From: Felis catus
Lineage: Eukaryota
Assembly: GCF_018350175.1 (NCBI RefSeq)
Contig: NC_058369.1
Coordinates: 27,344,001 to 27,408,000 of the forward strand
DNA length: 64,000 bases
Direction of reading: 5' to 3'
Both the position numbers and the translations under genes were made by a program. This document shows positions 11,441 to 24,713 of this stretch, in pieces. How positions within the stretch are numbered: position 1 is the stretch's first letter; each line of letters starts with the position of its first letter. A model generated the notes under the pieces. The model searched no databases and was not told where the DNA came from. It saw only the letters and a list, made by a program, of their open reading frames with translations.

Positions 11441-13950
11441 CCATCAGGCTTCAGTGTTTCTCAAGGACACAGACATCGTTGTTTGTGCAGTCAACAGCAA
11501 TTTTGTCTGTCTCAAAGCCTCTGAAGACAGATTGGGTGTCCAAAAAATGAATCCCAAACTTTTCTGATTAAATATCTGCTTTCCAATTGCTCTTTGAAAT
11601 ATGGGAGAGAAAATGGCAATGCTGATGAAGATGAACTCACGCAGAAGCCTGAGCTGAATTTGGGAACGATGATTAGTGAATCCAGGGCTGGTGAGAAACA
11701 AAGAGGTTGTTTGCCTTTTCTCTATTATCCACGTGTTATTGAAAAGGTGGACAAATCTCACCTGAGAGCACTGTAATGAAATGGTCTTTTGGATAAGAAT
11801 CTGAATCCAACAGAGGGACAATAAATTAAAGTATATGTGTTCTTTGTACTGTTCTGGTTTCATTAGCCACTGGACCACATCTTTTTCTATTATTCACCAG
11901 GGATCACTACACAGAACAGCAGTGAATGCAGCCACTGCCTGAGTGTGGAAGGCCCATTAGACACCAATTCTTAGCCTTTTTTCTCCCCAACCAGGTAAAG
12001 TCACATCTTTCAGAAAGGAGAGGCATTATATGTGTTTTTAATTAACCTTACCTGGGTGCCAACTCTTTTCATATAGGTCAGCTCTGACACAATGAGTACA
12101 ATGTGGCTAGATTTTCTCTTGAGGGATGACTGGGTCCTGGTTGTAAATGCAGAAAGCCTTTTTGAACTAGACTTCCCTAACACACACAAAGTCTTCTCCC
12201 CAGGGCTTGGATCCACCAGAGGAACACCCACCTCCTCACCACCACCCACAAAATCCAAGCACCCTTCCTGGTATGTTCCTTTTTGACAGAAATGAAGGAC
12301 CTTGGAAGCTAAGAAATTCCAAGCCCAATAGAGGAGGTCTGCTGGCTTGCTTTTACAAGTAAAGTGCTTATATTTTTCTCTGCATTTCACCCTGTCTTCT
12401 TAATGGCAAAGGAAGTGGTGCTAATTTTACTGGTCAGCAATCAGAAGAGATCAATAGAGAGCAGAGGTGCCAATTTGTAGAGGAGGTGTTATTTTTAAAC
12501 AGCATGCCAAACTCCAGAATTATATTGAGTTTTAAGGGCAAAGGATGGGCAAACCGGGTTTAATAACTTTTTATTCTTTCCAGTTTCCAATATGTCATTG
12601 TGTCACTTGCTAAATGTAATTTGCTTTTGCTGCTTCCTTAGGGGAGGGGTGGTGGGAAGAAAGAGAAAGAAAGATGAAGTCAGGGGAGAGAAGAAAAGAA
12701 TTGGAAAAGCTCCATAAATGATCAGGGCCCAGAGGATGACATAATACCAACTAGTAACTTTAAATTGTCTGGCAGTATATGCATTGCTGACTCTCTTATT
12801 GGCTGGTCCCCACTGAGAAAGATTATTTAATGCAAATGTGTCATTTCATTATAATTCTCCAGCTAGTGTAAATCAAATTTCAACATTTGCTCAACACCGA
12901 GCTAAAGCCACAGACAGAGAACAGATACGGTTCAATGCCTGGGGTAATTTCTCCTCTATCAGGTTCCTTTCTCAGGGCAAAGTTGTCCAATTTGGCTATT
13001 TTACTGGTCGGACATTATGAAAGAAGTCCCGGAACCATTGAGTCTCCTCCGTATTTATGTAATGGACTCCAGAATGGACTAAGTGGTGTGGTGGTGTAGG
13101 GTCTGATTCTGAAGGAGAACAGTTTAGAATAAGATCATTCTTGACCTCCCAGTTGGTAAACAAAAGTTCATTATCACCATTGATGGGAAATGTACCAATA
13201 AAGGGGCTTCTGAGAGTAGCAGAAGGAACACTTGATTTTTCAGAACATTCCTTCACATTTTTGTTTGAAGGAAAATCTATCCTTTTTGTTTTAACTGCTA
13301 GATATTCCAGAAGAGGAAAGTCAGATTATTTTGTAACGATTACCTAAAATTGGAAGGGGTGCAAATCGTGCTTAGCTCATATTTGAGGGGAAAGTGCAGA
13401 TGAACAGACCATGCGTAGAAAGCCATTCCCAAGTGGTTCTTTCTCTATTTAGTTTAAGATATTTCTTTGAGTCACGCATTCTCAAATATATTTACACTCA
13501 ATTACTGTACCAACATTTAGATCATTCGCAAGTAACAGTATGAAACCAGCAGCCTCAGAAGTATTTATAACTGAGATGCATGATTGGTGGCACAAAAATT
13601 GTTTTATAAAATACTCAACCTATCATTTTTGATTGCTGACTTAAGGTGTATGATCTGTATAAAAATATAAATTATTTGTGTTAAGGAAATGGTGATTAAA
13701 TATGAGCTTTGTGTATTAGTCATTAATCTTTCCATTTAAATGCAAATTCTTCATTTCAACCACTACTTGAAGATACATCTAATAGGAAACAAGTTTGATC
13801 TTCTGATTTATTATTTCAGACAAGGTCTTTAAAATATGCATTTTTTTTTGTCATGGGGAAATGTGGGTTCTATCCACGTTCTTTAAAATGTGCTCTAAAA
13901 AAATCAGCCAACCAAATATTACTTCACACTCAAATATAAAAGTCCCTTGG

Positions 13951-14164
13951 GGGGCTCCTAGGTGGCTCAGTTGGTTAAGCGGCCGACTTTGGCTCAGGTG
14001 ATGATCTCTTGCTCGGTGAGTTCGAGCCCCGCGTCGGGCTCTGTGCTGACAGCTCAGAGCCTGGAGCCTGTTTCAGATTCTGTGTCTCCCTCTCTCTGAC
14101 CCTCCCCTGTTCATGTTCTGTCTCTCCCTGTCTCAAAAATAGATAAAACATTAAAAAAATTTTA
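13951..14164 (+). mobile_element. Felid Can-SINE, relatively young
   Basis: Full head, B box gagttcgagcc, tail. Perfect 13-bp TSD aaaagtcccttgg at 13938-13950 and 14165-14177. Confidence 0.97.
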
Positions 14165-14399
14165 AAAAGTCCCTTGGTTGGCCAGCGGATGTCTAGCAGT
14201 GTACATGTGTGTTGGGGATGGGGTTGTGTTTGAGAGTAGGGCATGGTAGTAGATAGCCACTCTCCCTCAATGATTCCCAACTCTTGGATACTGGAGACCT
14301 CAGAGTTATTGTTGGATTTACAAATACTCATGCACCCACCAAGCATTCTCTTAATAGTCAAAAAGTAAATCTATCTTGCCTACATACTTTAATAGTAAT

Positions 14400-14625
14400 T
14401 ACTAGTATTCGAGGGCAGAAATCACCATATTAAACCCTTAACTAGACTTACTCATTGGATCCTCCAAGTAACCCAGTGCTGTGCATGTTATTTTTATCCA
14501 CAGTTGACAGATCAAGAGGCGCAACACAGATTAAGGAGTTGGTCTGAGATTATGTGGATGTTAAATAAAGGAGACAGAACTCTAACCCAGAACAGCTGAC
14601 ACCAAAGTCTGTGAATTCACCTCTA
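14400..14625 (-). mobile_element. MIR
   Basis: tttatccacagttgacagatcaagaggc...ttaaggagttggtctgagatt...ctctaacccag. Confidence 0.6.
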
Positions 14626-15769
14626 GACCCTACTCTCTTCCTAGATTAAATTTTATTCAAAGGCATTTAAATACGGATGTAAAACAAATACAATCCTCAA
14701 GTATGAGAAGGCTGAGAGCCCTTGCTCTAATTGAATGAGGACTTACATCTAATGGAGTTGGTTGTTGTCAGTTCTATGCTTCCTGAAACTAGGAATTCAA
14801 GATGAGGTTGGGGAGAGAGCAACTGAGTGTGTACAGCTCATCCATTAACTAACTTACCTGCTGCTCAGTGGACACAATACAAGCCTTACATCAGGTTCTC
14901 AGGTACCCTTCAGAAGGACAAACAATGGTGTCATAACTCATAATAAGCCATTCTGTAAATATAGCTCTCCTGTTCCATATTTGATAGCTGGGGAAAGATG
15001 GCCCCAGAGGGGGGAAAAAAATAGAAGGGGAAGTATAGACTAAATTATAAAATGGAGCTTCTGAGGAGTATTTCCTCCTCTGATAATATTGGGGGTGGAA
15101 AAAAGCTTCTGTAACTTGCCACCCTGGGTAAAAATGTTAGTTATATCATCTGGCAGTGTCCAGTTAGATCACCCAGTGATACATTTACCTGAGGCATATG
15201 GAACATGGACAAGCTTTTTTTATCCAATAATTTTAGAGGCTGGATAGGATAGAAGAATGAGTGTGGTAGACCAGTGATTTGTGAAATTCTTAAAGCAGCA
15301 ACCCTTGGCAGAATTCACATGGGCTGTTGTCTTGCAGAGGCTGAGTGTTCTGAAATAGGCTGCAGGCAATCAGGGATCAGGTGCAAAGCCTTTTGTTTGG
15401 AGGTGTTGCACCTGAACCACTGGGGGGCCTCTCTCAGTTCTTCATTAATGCTGCACCCTTTCTGAAATCAGCTGGAGAAAGAAAATTGATCAATTCATAC
15501 TGAATAGAACATGTGTGGCAGAAATACCTGCGGACCAGGGATATCTGTCCCTTGCCTGCTCTGTCCTTCTTGGGGACAGCTCTTTCTTGACCATGTTGGG
15601 CTGGGGCCTGTGAGTAGCCCCCACAGGAGCATTCATATGCCCTGGAAATTGGCAAGTTGCATAAAGCAGGACTTCTGCTACTGTTTCCCTGCTTCCTTCC
15701 CCCTCCCCTCTTCCCAGCCCTTCATAAGTCATGAAACACTTGCCAGCACAACCTCTGACTCTTCTCTGC

Positions 15770-15950
15770 CACCACTTGGGCACTCTCTGGTAGTGAAGTT
15801 CCCTGCAGGGTGCTTCAGTTTCTATGTCTGTAAAGTGAAAATACTGATATGAGTGCCTTATCACATAATTTTAGAGAGGATTAAATGAGATAATAAAGGT
15901 AAAGCATGCATCAGGTTGCTTGGTATTTAGTAAGTACTCAAGAAATTTTG
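15770..15950 (+). mobile_element. MIR
   Basis: gcttcagtttctatgtctgtaaagtg...gaggattaaatgagataat...agtaagtactcaa. Confidence 0.85.
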
Positions 15951-16384
15951 GCTCCTTGTCATCCTCATTGCCTTTCATTAACCAGAATAGATGTGATCTC
16001 TCTAATGTAAACTCTCTATTTGTTATTTCCCTACCTAAATCCTTTAGTGACCCCACCTGCCCCCACCCCTAGTATTTAATGAAACCTTAGTAAAGAAAAT
16101 GAAGCAAATGGCCTATTTGGGAAGCAACCCAATGGCCTTAACCTACCGCTCCAGAGAGAGCATTTCTCCTTTGCTGGGAATAGCCACAGAGGGTGTGTCC
16201 TTGCAGTTATTAGCAAACAATAAGGAAAATAAGGAAGGACAGGAAGGGCTACCATGGCTCATTAGTGTGGGCAAGAGTTCCTGCAGGTGTGCAGCTATGG
16301 AGAGGTCAAGTACTGGCAGAAGCTCATTTCAGACACTCTTGTACTTTTAGGTAAATGGACATTTCACCTCAGAGCTTTGGTCAA

Positions 16385-16590
16385 GAGCATAAGCTACAGT
16401 GTCAAAGGTCTTTAGTTTAGCGTCTACTCCACACTCTAGTAGCTACGTGGCTGTCCATAAGTATTTTTGAAACCTTTTTGAGCCTCAGTTCTTCTGTGAA
16501 ATGGGCATGTGAATGCCAGATTCATAGTCTCATTGTGAACACTGAGATAACATTCAGCAAATCCTTAGCACAGTAACTGGTATTAGTTCT
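16385..16590 (+). mobile_element. MIR
   Basis: tgagcctcagttcttctgtgaaatggg...cttagcacagtaactgg. Confidence 0.8.
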
Positions 16591-17306
16591 ACTGCTGCCG
16601 CCGAATCCATCCTCCATGGACAAAGTGGTAAATGCAGTGATGAGAGAGGGCAAATGCAACTATTTTTTTTTTCCTTTTCATGCTCTGATGAGGCATCTGC
16701 TATAGTTACTTCTAAGATTCTAGAAATATCCTGTTCTCTTCAGGCACGAGTGGACACCAGGAAGACCATTTAGTGGCTGCATTCAGTTATTAAAACAAGA
16801 ACAGTTCGTGGGGGATGTGCCTCACTCATGCTCCAGCGATCACTCTGGTCTCTGACATCTTGAGTATGCCCCAGTTTTACTTGCTGGTCTGCCCAGCCCC
16901 TAACCTTCTCTGAGCATTACTAGCCTGTAAGTGAAAGCTGGGAGGGTGGGGGTCAGCCTCCAAAAACACAAATAATTGTAAAGGTTAAAGTAGTTCATGG
17001 CATTATAATTAACTGCTGTATTAGGTGTTTTACAATCTTGACACCACCACAGACAGAAATGTTTAATCAGAATAGAAAGTGCCTCGGAGTTAATCCATTT
17101 TCATGGTGGAAATTGCAGTGAAAGTGTAAAATCAGGCCAGCCTTCTTCAGAAGGAGAGCAGCCCATTTGCCTAGCAGGTTGGATGCTAGTCACTGTCTTT
17201 CCCACTGCTATTAGAACTTCATCCCTCAGAACCTTCTATGCTGTAAAGCAACTTTTGTTACTATAGCAGAATCTATTTATCAGCCATTCTTGGAGTCAGG
17301 ATTCTT

Positions 17307-17318
17307 TCTCTCTCTCCC

Positions 17319-17349
<31 letters not shown>

Positions 17350-17568
17350 TTTTTTTTCTTGAGAGAGAGAGTGCAAGTGAGTGAGAGGCAGAGAGAGACA
17401 GAGAATCCCACAAGGGGCAGAGAGGGAGAGAAATAGGGCTCATCTGGGGCTCGTGTTTTACCCCAAGTGGGGCTCAAGCTCACCCAATGTTGGACTGGAA
17501 CTCATGAACTGTGAGATGATACCTGAGCTGAAGTCAGATGCTTAATGACTGAGCCACTCAGGTGCCCC
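17307..17568 (-). mobile_element. Can-SINE variant with internal GGGGCTC repeats (SINEC_Fc3-like)
   Basis: Reverse head ...ccactcaggtgcccc, long T tract. Degenerate TSD ttggagtcaggattctt (17290-17306) and ttgaggttaggattctt (17569-17585). Confidence 0.93.
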
Positions 17569-20034
17569 TTGAGGTTAGGATTCTTAACAAGTTTTCCTTG
17601 TCAGAGTTTTATAAACCATGACCTGTGTATAAAAAATAGCACAGTGTTTCTCCTGGGTGAGCCTCAAAGAAGTTGAGTTTACCGAGTACAAATTTTGACT
17701 TGGACCTCTGACCCTCCCTTGCCCCCAGCCAGCGCTGGCCAACCAGAAGGTGGGAGTTGGAGGTGTTCTAAAAGTGGCTATGCCCTGGTCTATAATGACT
17801 TCTTGCCTTGTCATTACAGGTACACATGTGGCCCTTAGCACAATACCTGGCACAAAGCTAACCTTCTATAAGTGGTTAGTCTTTTTTAAACAGGCTCTAC
17901 CACTCTGCTACTGGACAGGGACAAGTTCCTTACCCACTCAAAAATCTCATTTCTTCACTGTGAAACTGACTTTGTGGGACCTGGCAAGAATCAGAGCTAA
18001 CAGATACCTGACCTCTAAGATACAGTGTGCACCCCAAAGATGAAAGCTGTTAGGATTTTCTCGACTGTTATAATGAATGAACTGTGTTAGGGCACAGAGT
18101 GGGCTTATTGTGTGTGCTGTTATTATTCACAATGGCTACTTTGATAAACTCTGTCCTAGGTATAATATAAAGATCGTTCTATTAAATAACTCTTAGGTTC
18201 TCAGACAAATGTATTTGCTGATTTCAAAGCCTCTTAGTTTTTGCACTGGAAATAAATGAATATATAAAATAAAAATTTTAGACCGTGATTTTTTGAAGTC
18301 ATAATCTAATGTTTGTTCTCTTTTAGAATGGGATGTCTTCTCCTTGGAGGTGACTAATTTGTAAGGAGTTAGCCTGTACCCATTCTATAAATGATAGATT
18401 TGTGCCTACCACTGCCCATCTGATGGACAATTTAAAAATGGTTTCCTGCACGGGTACAATGCAGAGCTACCCATGCAAACAGCTCACTCTCTGAATGGGG
18501 AGCAAGCAGGCCCCCAAAGCAGTCGGGTCGGGAGGGTGCCAGATAACTTCTTTGTGCAGTGAGTCTCTCCCAATCTGTGGGAGGTGTTTATTTTTAGCTC
18601 CCCACACCGTTTCTAGCACTATCTCTCCTTTGGAGGCCGACAGCTTGTTCCAAGGATCTTAAACAAGCTGTTAAAAGCAAGAGACTGCTGAAGGCAGGGA
18701 GGCAGCCTAGCAGCCAAGAAGGTGATTAGAGCAGAGGTCACCTTAGGTGTTAGAGGCAGAGGATGGCTTCGGTAGAGTGTCAAGCAAGTTGACCAACAAA
18801 CTTTTAAAAGATGGCCTTGGTGACACTTGCCTGGAGCTTTAAAGAAACAATGCTTGAAAGAAGCTGAGAACATGAAGGCAGCTGGGTACAGAGGCTGGCG
18901 TGGATGTGTGACTTCTCACAAATAGCAGGAAGCTGGACTCCTGAGCTCAGATTGCAAATGCCAAGGGCAGAAGCAGGGAAAGAAATCCAGGGTCGGTGAC
19001 ATTCCCACAGGGCCAGCTGGTTGGTGCCTGTTCAGGCTAATTTGGGATGGCAGGAGGTCTGTGCTTGAGGTCATATCCATAATCATGCTGGTTAGTGTCA
19101 GAAGCCTAAACCACCCAGACAGTCCCTGGACACCTGCAGAGGACAGAGCTCCAAGGTTAAGGAAATAAGCAAGGACAGAATATCTGAGCAAGTTAAGTCC
19201 CACTGGGTCAAATTTTTTTGTGGCAAGGAAGGAAGGAGGAGAGGCTGGGAACATTGCCTGGCTGAGTGGTGCCAAGTGTGCTGAGTGTCCCTAATATTAA
19301 ATAACAGTGGTGACATCATATCACATCAGGTGTGTTTTTGGGACTCAGGTAAGCCTGGTTGAACCAGCTTAGTGTGGCAGTCACCTGAGGGCTTGACCTC
19401 AAGGATCTTTAGTGTGAAAGGGACAAATGGGAAGCAAGACAATAACTTCCAGAGACTGTAAGACCAGCAGCAGCTCTCAGACCTTCCAGGACATGATGGA
19501 GTTCATCACCACAACCACTGGCCAGCAGGCTGTTTGCCTGGCTGTTTTTATGTGCAGCAGATGGAAAGGTTGCAAGTGGCTTCAAGGAACACCCAGGGGG
19601 ACCCAGGGGGAGACAAGGGAGATGAAATTCTTTCCTTGCAAGTGTTCAGAACCCTGTGTGGATCTTTGGGCAGGTTCAAAGCCCAAGGCAATGGAGAAGT
19701 GAGGTTTTGGCTGCTCAAGAACATAGCAAGGGAATGAACACCCTGCTGGTAGATCATGAAGCAAATATTCTCCACAGCCAAGGGTGGAGCTGCAGAAACA
19801 GAACACTGGTCTCTGAAAATGGAGAATTTTCCTCTTGAGCCTCTTGTATTGTCCATTCCCATGGCCATTTTTCTGACCTTGAGATATGCATTGAGAATTC
19901 AATGACTTGCCCATTCATGCAGCCAATATAACTGAACTCAGCTCACTCTCTTGGCTGTTGGTGAAAGACGTTGGACCTCTAACTCTACATAAGTGACATG
20001 ACCAGCTGATAATTGTGTCACCTGAAAGCTTGGA

Positions 20035-20170
20035 GGCAGTTGTTGGAAGAGGGTGGCCTTTGGAATCAGAGTAAACCTGGACTCAAATCCCATCTTTACT
20101 GTTTATAAGCTCTGTGACCTTAGCAATGCCACTCAACCTCCCAGCCTCAATTTTCACATCTATAATGTTT
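20035..20170 (+). mobile_element. MIR
   Basis: tttggaatcagagtaaacctggactcaaatccc...ctgtgaccttagcaa...gcctcaattttcacatctataa. Confidence 0.85.
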
Positions 20171-21384
20171 GGGGGGTGGGTGTGGAATACCAGCTTTGTA
20201 AGGCTAAAAGAATGTGTCAATCACTTGATAAACTATCTGGCAGAGTTTCAATTCAATTAAATCTATCAATCTATGTTAATAATAATAAAATTCAATAAAT
20301 TAGAATCAAAATAGCTATCTTTGGGATCAGAATCTACTGATGAGCTGAAACAGGGTAAACCCCTACAGTTCTAGATTATCTTATGGCATTTAAAATTATG
20401 TCACAATTATTTAAGTATGTGCTGTGGATAATTCTCTAGGGTAATGTATTAGAAGCAAATGACATTATTCCCCAAATTCTAACAAGTTAACAATTATATG
20501 AAAGGAAGAGGGAAAGTTGGAGATTCTGGGACCACCAAGAAGAACTGTGTGTGGGCATGCATTTTTCAGCCAAACTGGGTATGTAGGTAGGAAAAAATAA
20601 ATCAATGAAGCTAAGAGACAGGATACTTCTGGTTATGGGAAAATGATTGGAGAGGAAGAAGGATTCCAACAGCTGGGATGGAGCTGAAGAAGGGCATAGA
20701 AGAACAGAGACCACTATGTGGAAGGTATCTAAGTCAGCAGCCACCACAATAGTACAAATGAAGCCTCTGGAGATAGCCAAGCATTCCACATGGTGCTTCA
20801 GAACATGATCCCCTATGAGGAAGTCACCAGTGCTGATGCTAGTTGAACAAAGCAGGACCATGAGTAACCAAGCAGCATCCATCTGCTTGAGCTAGAAGCA
20901 GGAGACTTGGGGAACATACAACCTATTAAATATAAACCCATATCACTGTAAATATTTTATATGGCTACATTTGAAGAAGGTGACATATTTTATACCTTCA
21001 CTGTAAATCTAAGTACTTTATTGTTGCCAATTTTGCCATTGCCCTCAGCTAAAATGAGTCATTTATTGAGACAGACAGGGTTTGGTTATATCACCAGGGA
21101 TCATTCCTTTCAGTGATTGACCTGATAATCTCTCCCAAGAAACTAATTGTCATCTATTGGAAAACACTGGAGACTTATGGGTATGTTTGCTTTTAAGTGA
21201 GTCTAAAAGATATACAGCTATATGTGCATATATTAAGAGGGAAGGGCTTATATTTTAGGATGTAGAAACTCAAGGAAAATGGTATAAAGGAAATCAGTTT
21301 CTAGGCTTTATTCAAATAAAAGTCAATAAAAGTTCTCAATGAAGATCTCAATATAATTCATACTTTTGTATAAAATTAGGAGTA

Positions 21385-21785
21385 TGGATGAATACACAAA
21401 ATGTGGTATATCCAATCCATGCAGGAATAGTATCTTGAGCTAAAAAGGAACACCATATTCAGAAATGCTACAATGTGGATAAATCTCTAAAAGTGGTAGG
21501 CTGAATGAAAGAAGCCAGACACAAAATAACACATATTGCATAGAATGTCCAGAATAGGCAAATCCCTGGAGACAGAAAGTAGATTAGGGGTTGCCCAAGG
21601 TTGGGGGTGGGAACAAGGATTCACTGCTAATGGGCATTGGGATCTCTTTATGGACTGACAGAAATACTCTAAAATCAGATTGTGGTGATGGTCATACAAC
21701 TCTGAATATAAGAAACAATTATTGAACTGTGACTTAAAATGTATGAATTTTATGGTAGGTACGTTTTATCTCAAATCTGTTAAAA
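21385..21785 (+). mobile_element. L1MB-type 3' end fragment
   Basis: aaaatgtggtatatcca, gaaagaagccagacacaaaa, tccagaataggcaaatcc..agacagaaagtagattag, gattgtggtgatgg..caactctgaata. Confidence 0.9.
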
Positions 21786-22204
21786 TGAACAGGAGTGTGG
21801 CTTTTGATAGATGCAACTAGAAGTCTTTGGTGAAAAAGTTAGGGACAGAAGTTTGCACCCGCCCAAGGAGGATAATAAAATGGGACACAGGCTTAACCTG
21901 ACAGGCTGAGCCACAGACCCTGTTCCTGTTGGTTTGCCAGTATCCCTCACAGCCTGGCAAAAATGTGACCAGTTTCCCTCAAGGTTGGCCAACTGATACT
22001 TAACACATGTGTCAGTATACACACTCAGATGCCCTAGCTCAAGGGGGAATGAGAAAGCTAAAACTGAGTGGACCAGTCCTCATAGGGTGGGCAGGGGAGG
22101 CATTGGAAGCACCAAAAAGGAAAACAGGATCAAGTGTGAATTAGTCCCAAGACAGGAAGGTTTCAGCAGGAGTCGAAAGCCCAAACTGAGTGTGAGCCAG
22201 AGAC

Positions 22205-22255
22205 TTTTTTTAAGTGTTTATTTATTTATTTTGAAAGAGCATGCATGCAGGGAGG

Positions 22256-22297
<42 letters not shown>

Positions 22298-22422
22298 CCC
22301 AAGCAGGCTCCATGCTGTTAATGAAGAGCCCTACAGGGGCTTGAACTCATGAACTACAAGATCATGACCTGAGCTGAAACCAAGAGTTAGACACTCAACT
22401 GACTGAGCCACGCAGGCGCCCC
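22205..22422 (-). mobile_element. Can-SINE
   Basis: Reverse head ...actgagccacgcaggcgcccc, (GA)n, T-rich tail; short candidate TSD cagag. Confidence 0.95.
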
Positions 22423-23035
22423 CAGAGGTGGTTGTTTTCAGAGCAGCATCCATGCTCTGGTACCAACATGGAGCAGAGGTAGCTGGGGCTCATCACACAG
22501 CACACTGAGACACCTTGTGCTGCATTCTCCTTCAGTGTGACATGCTGCCAGAAGCAGCAGTCCAGCTTGTTATTCATAAATGTGATTGGGAACCACACTT
22601 GGTTATTTTTCCCCATCTGTCTAATTAAGTGGTAAGTCCCAAAAGGCAGAGACCAGCATGAGCTCTAGCTCATGCTCTCGGCATAGTTTTTGGTACTGAA
22701 AGAATATTAAACAATAGTCTAGTAATAAAAGACTGGCATTTTCCACAGAGCTTTTGTATCTGAGAGCAAAGCAACCCTTTGAATGGAGTTACAGGAGTTC
22801 ATTCTGGTTTTCTTATTTCTCAGCAAGAGGCTCACTCCCCACCATCAATCACATTTTCAAACCTGGTAAACCAAGCTGACAGAGGATTGTAACTGAAATA
22901 GTTTCATGTTGGAGGATAACCATTTAAGACCTCAGGTTATAACTAGTTCTTGTTGGAACTAGGAAGCAACTGAAGAGTCAGCTTCATGTTAGTTCCTCTA
23001 GAAGAGGTTGAACCAACTCAATCCAATGCCTAGGG

Positions 23036-23127
23036 TGGTGCTGTCTAATGGAACTTTCTGGGATCATGGAAATGTCCTATAATATAGAAGAATATGTAGC
23101 TGGTGGCTACCATCTTGGACAACCCAA
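23036..23127. mobile_element. MER3-like hAT MITE remnant (internally deleted)
   Basis: gctgtctaatggaactttctg..atggaaatgt and gtggctaccatcttggaca termini. Confidence 0.7.
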
Positions 23128-23239
23128 CACTAGAGGTTCTCAAGTGGGGAAGATTGAACAGCTTTTTGATTACCCACATCGAAGTATTCATATATAACAA
23201 TGAAAAGTTATCACTAGGAATAATTTTCATGGTGATCTC

Positions 23240-24100
23240 TTCTGTTGATTCAAAAAATATTTACTGTGGGGTTTCTGAGTGCCAGGACCCACTCTAGACT
23301 CAGGAGCTAGCTCACTGAAAAAACCTGGCAAGGCCCCTGCTCTCAAGGAGTTTATAATTTTATGTTTAGAACCAAAAAAAAAAAAAAAGAAAAGGAAGAA
23401 GCCAATAAATCAATGGATACAAATAATCTGTGTTTTCAAGAAGCACACAAAGTGATAAGATATATCAAGCTTCTTTGGATAGAGATGAGATCAGGTCTTG
23501 TTGAGAATGAGATGCAAGCTTCAGTTGGGAGAGCAGTGGGAAGAAAAGATCATTCTAGGCAGATGCACTATTCTATAAGGAAAATCCAAAGTGGGGAAAG
23601 AGCTTGATGCCTTTGAGAAATTAAATGAAAGCCAGTGTGCCTGCACAAGGCAAGTGAAGAGAGATGAGCAAGCACGTGTTGGTGATGTAGGGCAGGAATC
23701 GAAGTGTACAGAGCTCTATATACTAGTAAAGTACATTGGAAAGTCTTGGGGTGATTTCAAGAAGAAGAATGGCATCAACAAGATATAGAATTTTACTCTG
23801 TAAAGAGGAGAATGACTTGAAGGGGGGCAGGAGAGAGAGTGAGGACACCAGTTAGGAAGTTGCTATATTCAAAAAGTGAAAGGCAAGTGGCAATGTAGCC
23901 CAGGGTATGAGCCTAGGTGGAGGCTAGGCTAGAAAGGAGGGATTAGGAGTTCAGAAATGATTTGGGGAAATTGACAGATCTGATTGATGGGTTAGATATT
24001 GGAGTAAAGAGAAAATGGAAGAATCACAGGCCATTGCTAGGTTTCTGGGCTAAAAACTGGTGGAGTTTGGCATTACTGGCAATAATGGAAATAGAATGGA
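23240..24100 (-). mobile_element. L2 fragment
   Basis: attcaaaaaatatttactg...gtgccagg...cccctgctctcaaggagtttataat, followed by the purine-rich antisense L2 body. Confidence 0.85.
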
Positions 24101-24647
24101 AATATGTCTCCACTGTACTTCTGTGTTGGCTTTGCATATTCACTAGTTCTTCTTGATTGTGGGAGGTTGGATGACAACAGGATTGAACTGGACCATCCTG
24201 TTAAGCACTGATGTGTGTGTTTCCAGATATATCTCTTGAGTGTTCCTTTTATGTATTGGCTACATTTAACTCTAAAATCTATCATGTTATAGAAATAAGT
24301 AATATTTCGGACCATTGGTTCCCAACCTTTTAGAATGTGGGACCCCCCTGTAACAATGAAACATGGATCTCTGTAGAATGCTAATAATACTGGCTGTCTG
24401 CTTCCTTTAAATGGGATATGGGCTAGAAGAAAGCTGGCAAACACAGCTTCTGTAGGATTAGACTAACCTTGCTGTTTAACCAGCTGAGAATCTGGAAATG
24501 TAATGAAAATGTGACCTATAGGACAGGGGGTGTTGCAGTGCTTTGCAATCCTGTTAGAATTAGAACAGTGGGGTTTTTGCAATACTGTCGCTCTCCAGGG
24601 CTTCTGGAACCAGGTTTCAAACTGTGTCCCAGAAGTACGTAAGCACT

Positions 24648-24713
24648 TAAATTCAAGAGAGTGTTAAAAATAAAAATTAAAAAAAATTAAAAAAATAAAT
24701 TCAAGAGAGTGTT
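24648..24713 (+). mobile_element. Tail-only retroposition scar (30-nt A-rich insert, perfect 18-bp TSD)
   Basis: taaattcaagagagtgtt at 24648-24665 and 24696-24713 flanks an A/T-only tract. Confidence 0.85.

Noticed and set aside
20480..20930. Purine-rich stretch resembling a processed pseudogene or old LTR
   Set aside because: The translation I tried matches nothing I recognise; no poly(A) or TSD, and the family cannot be assigned without a search.
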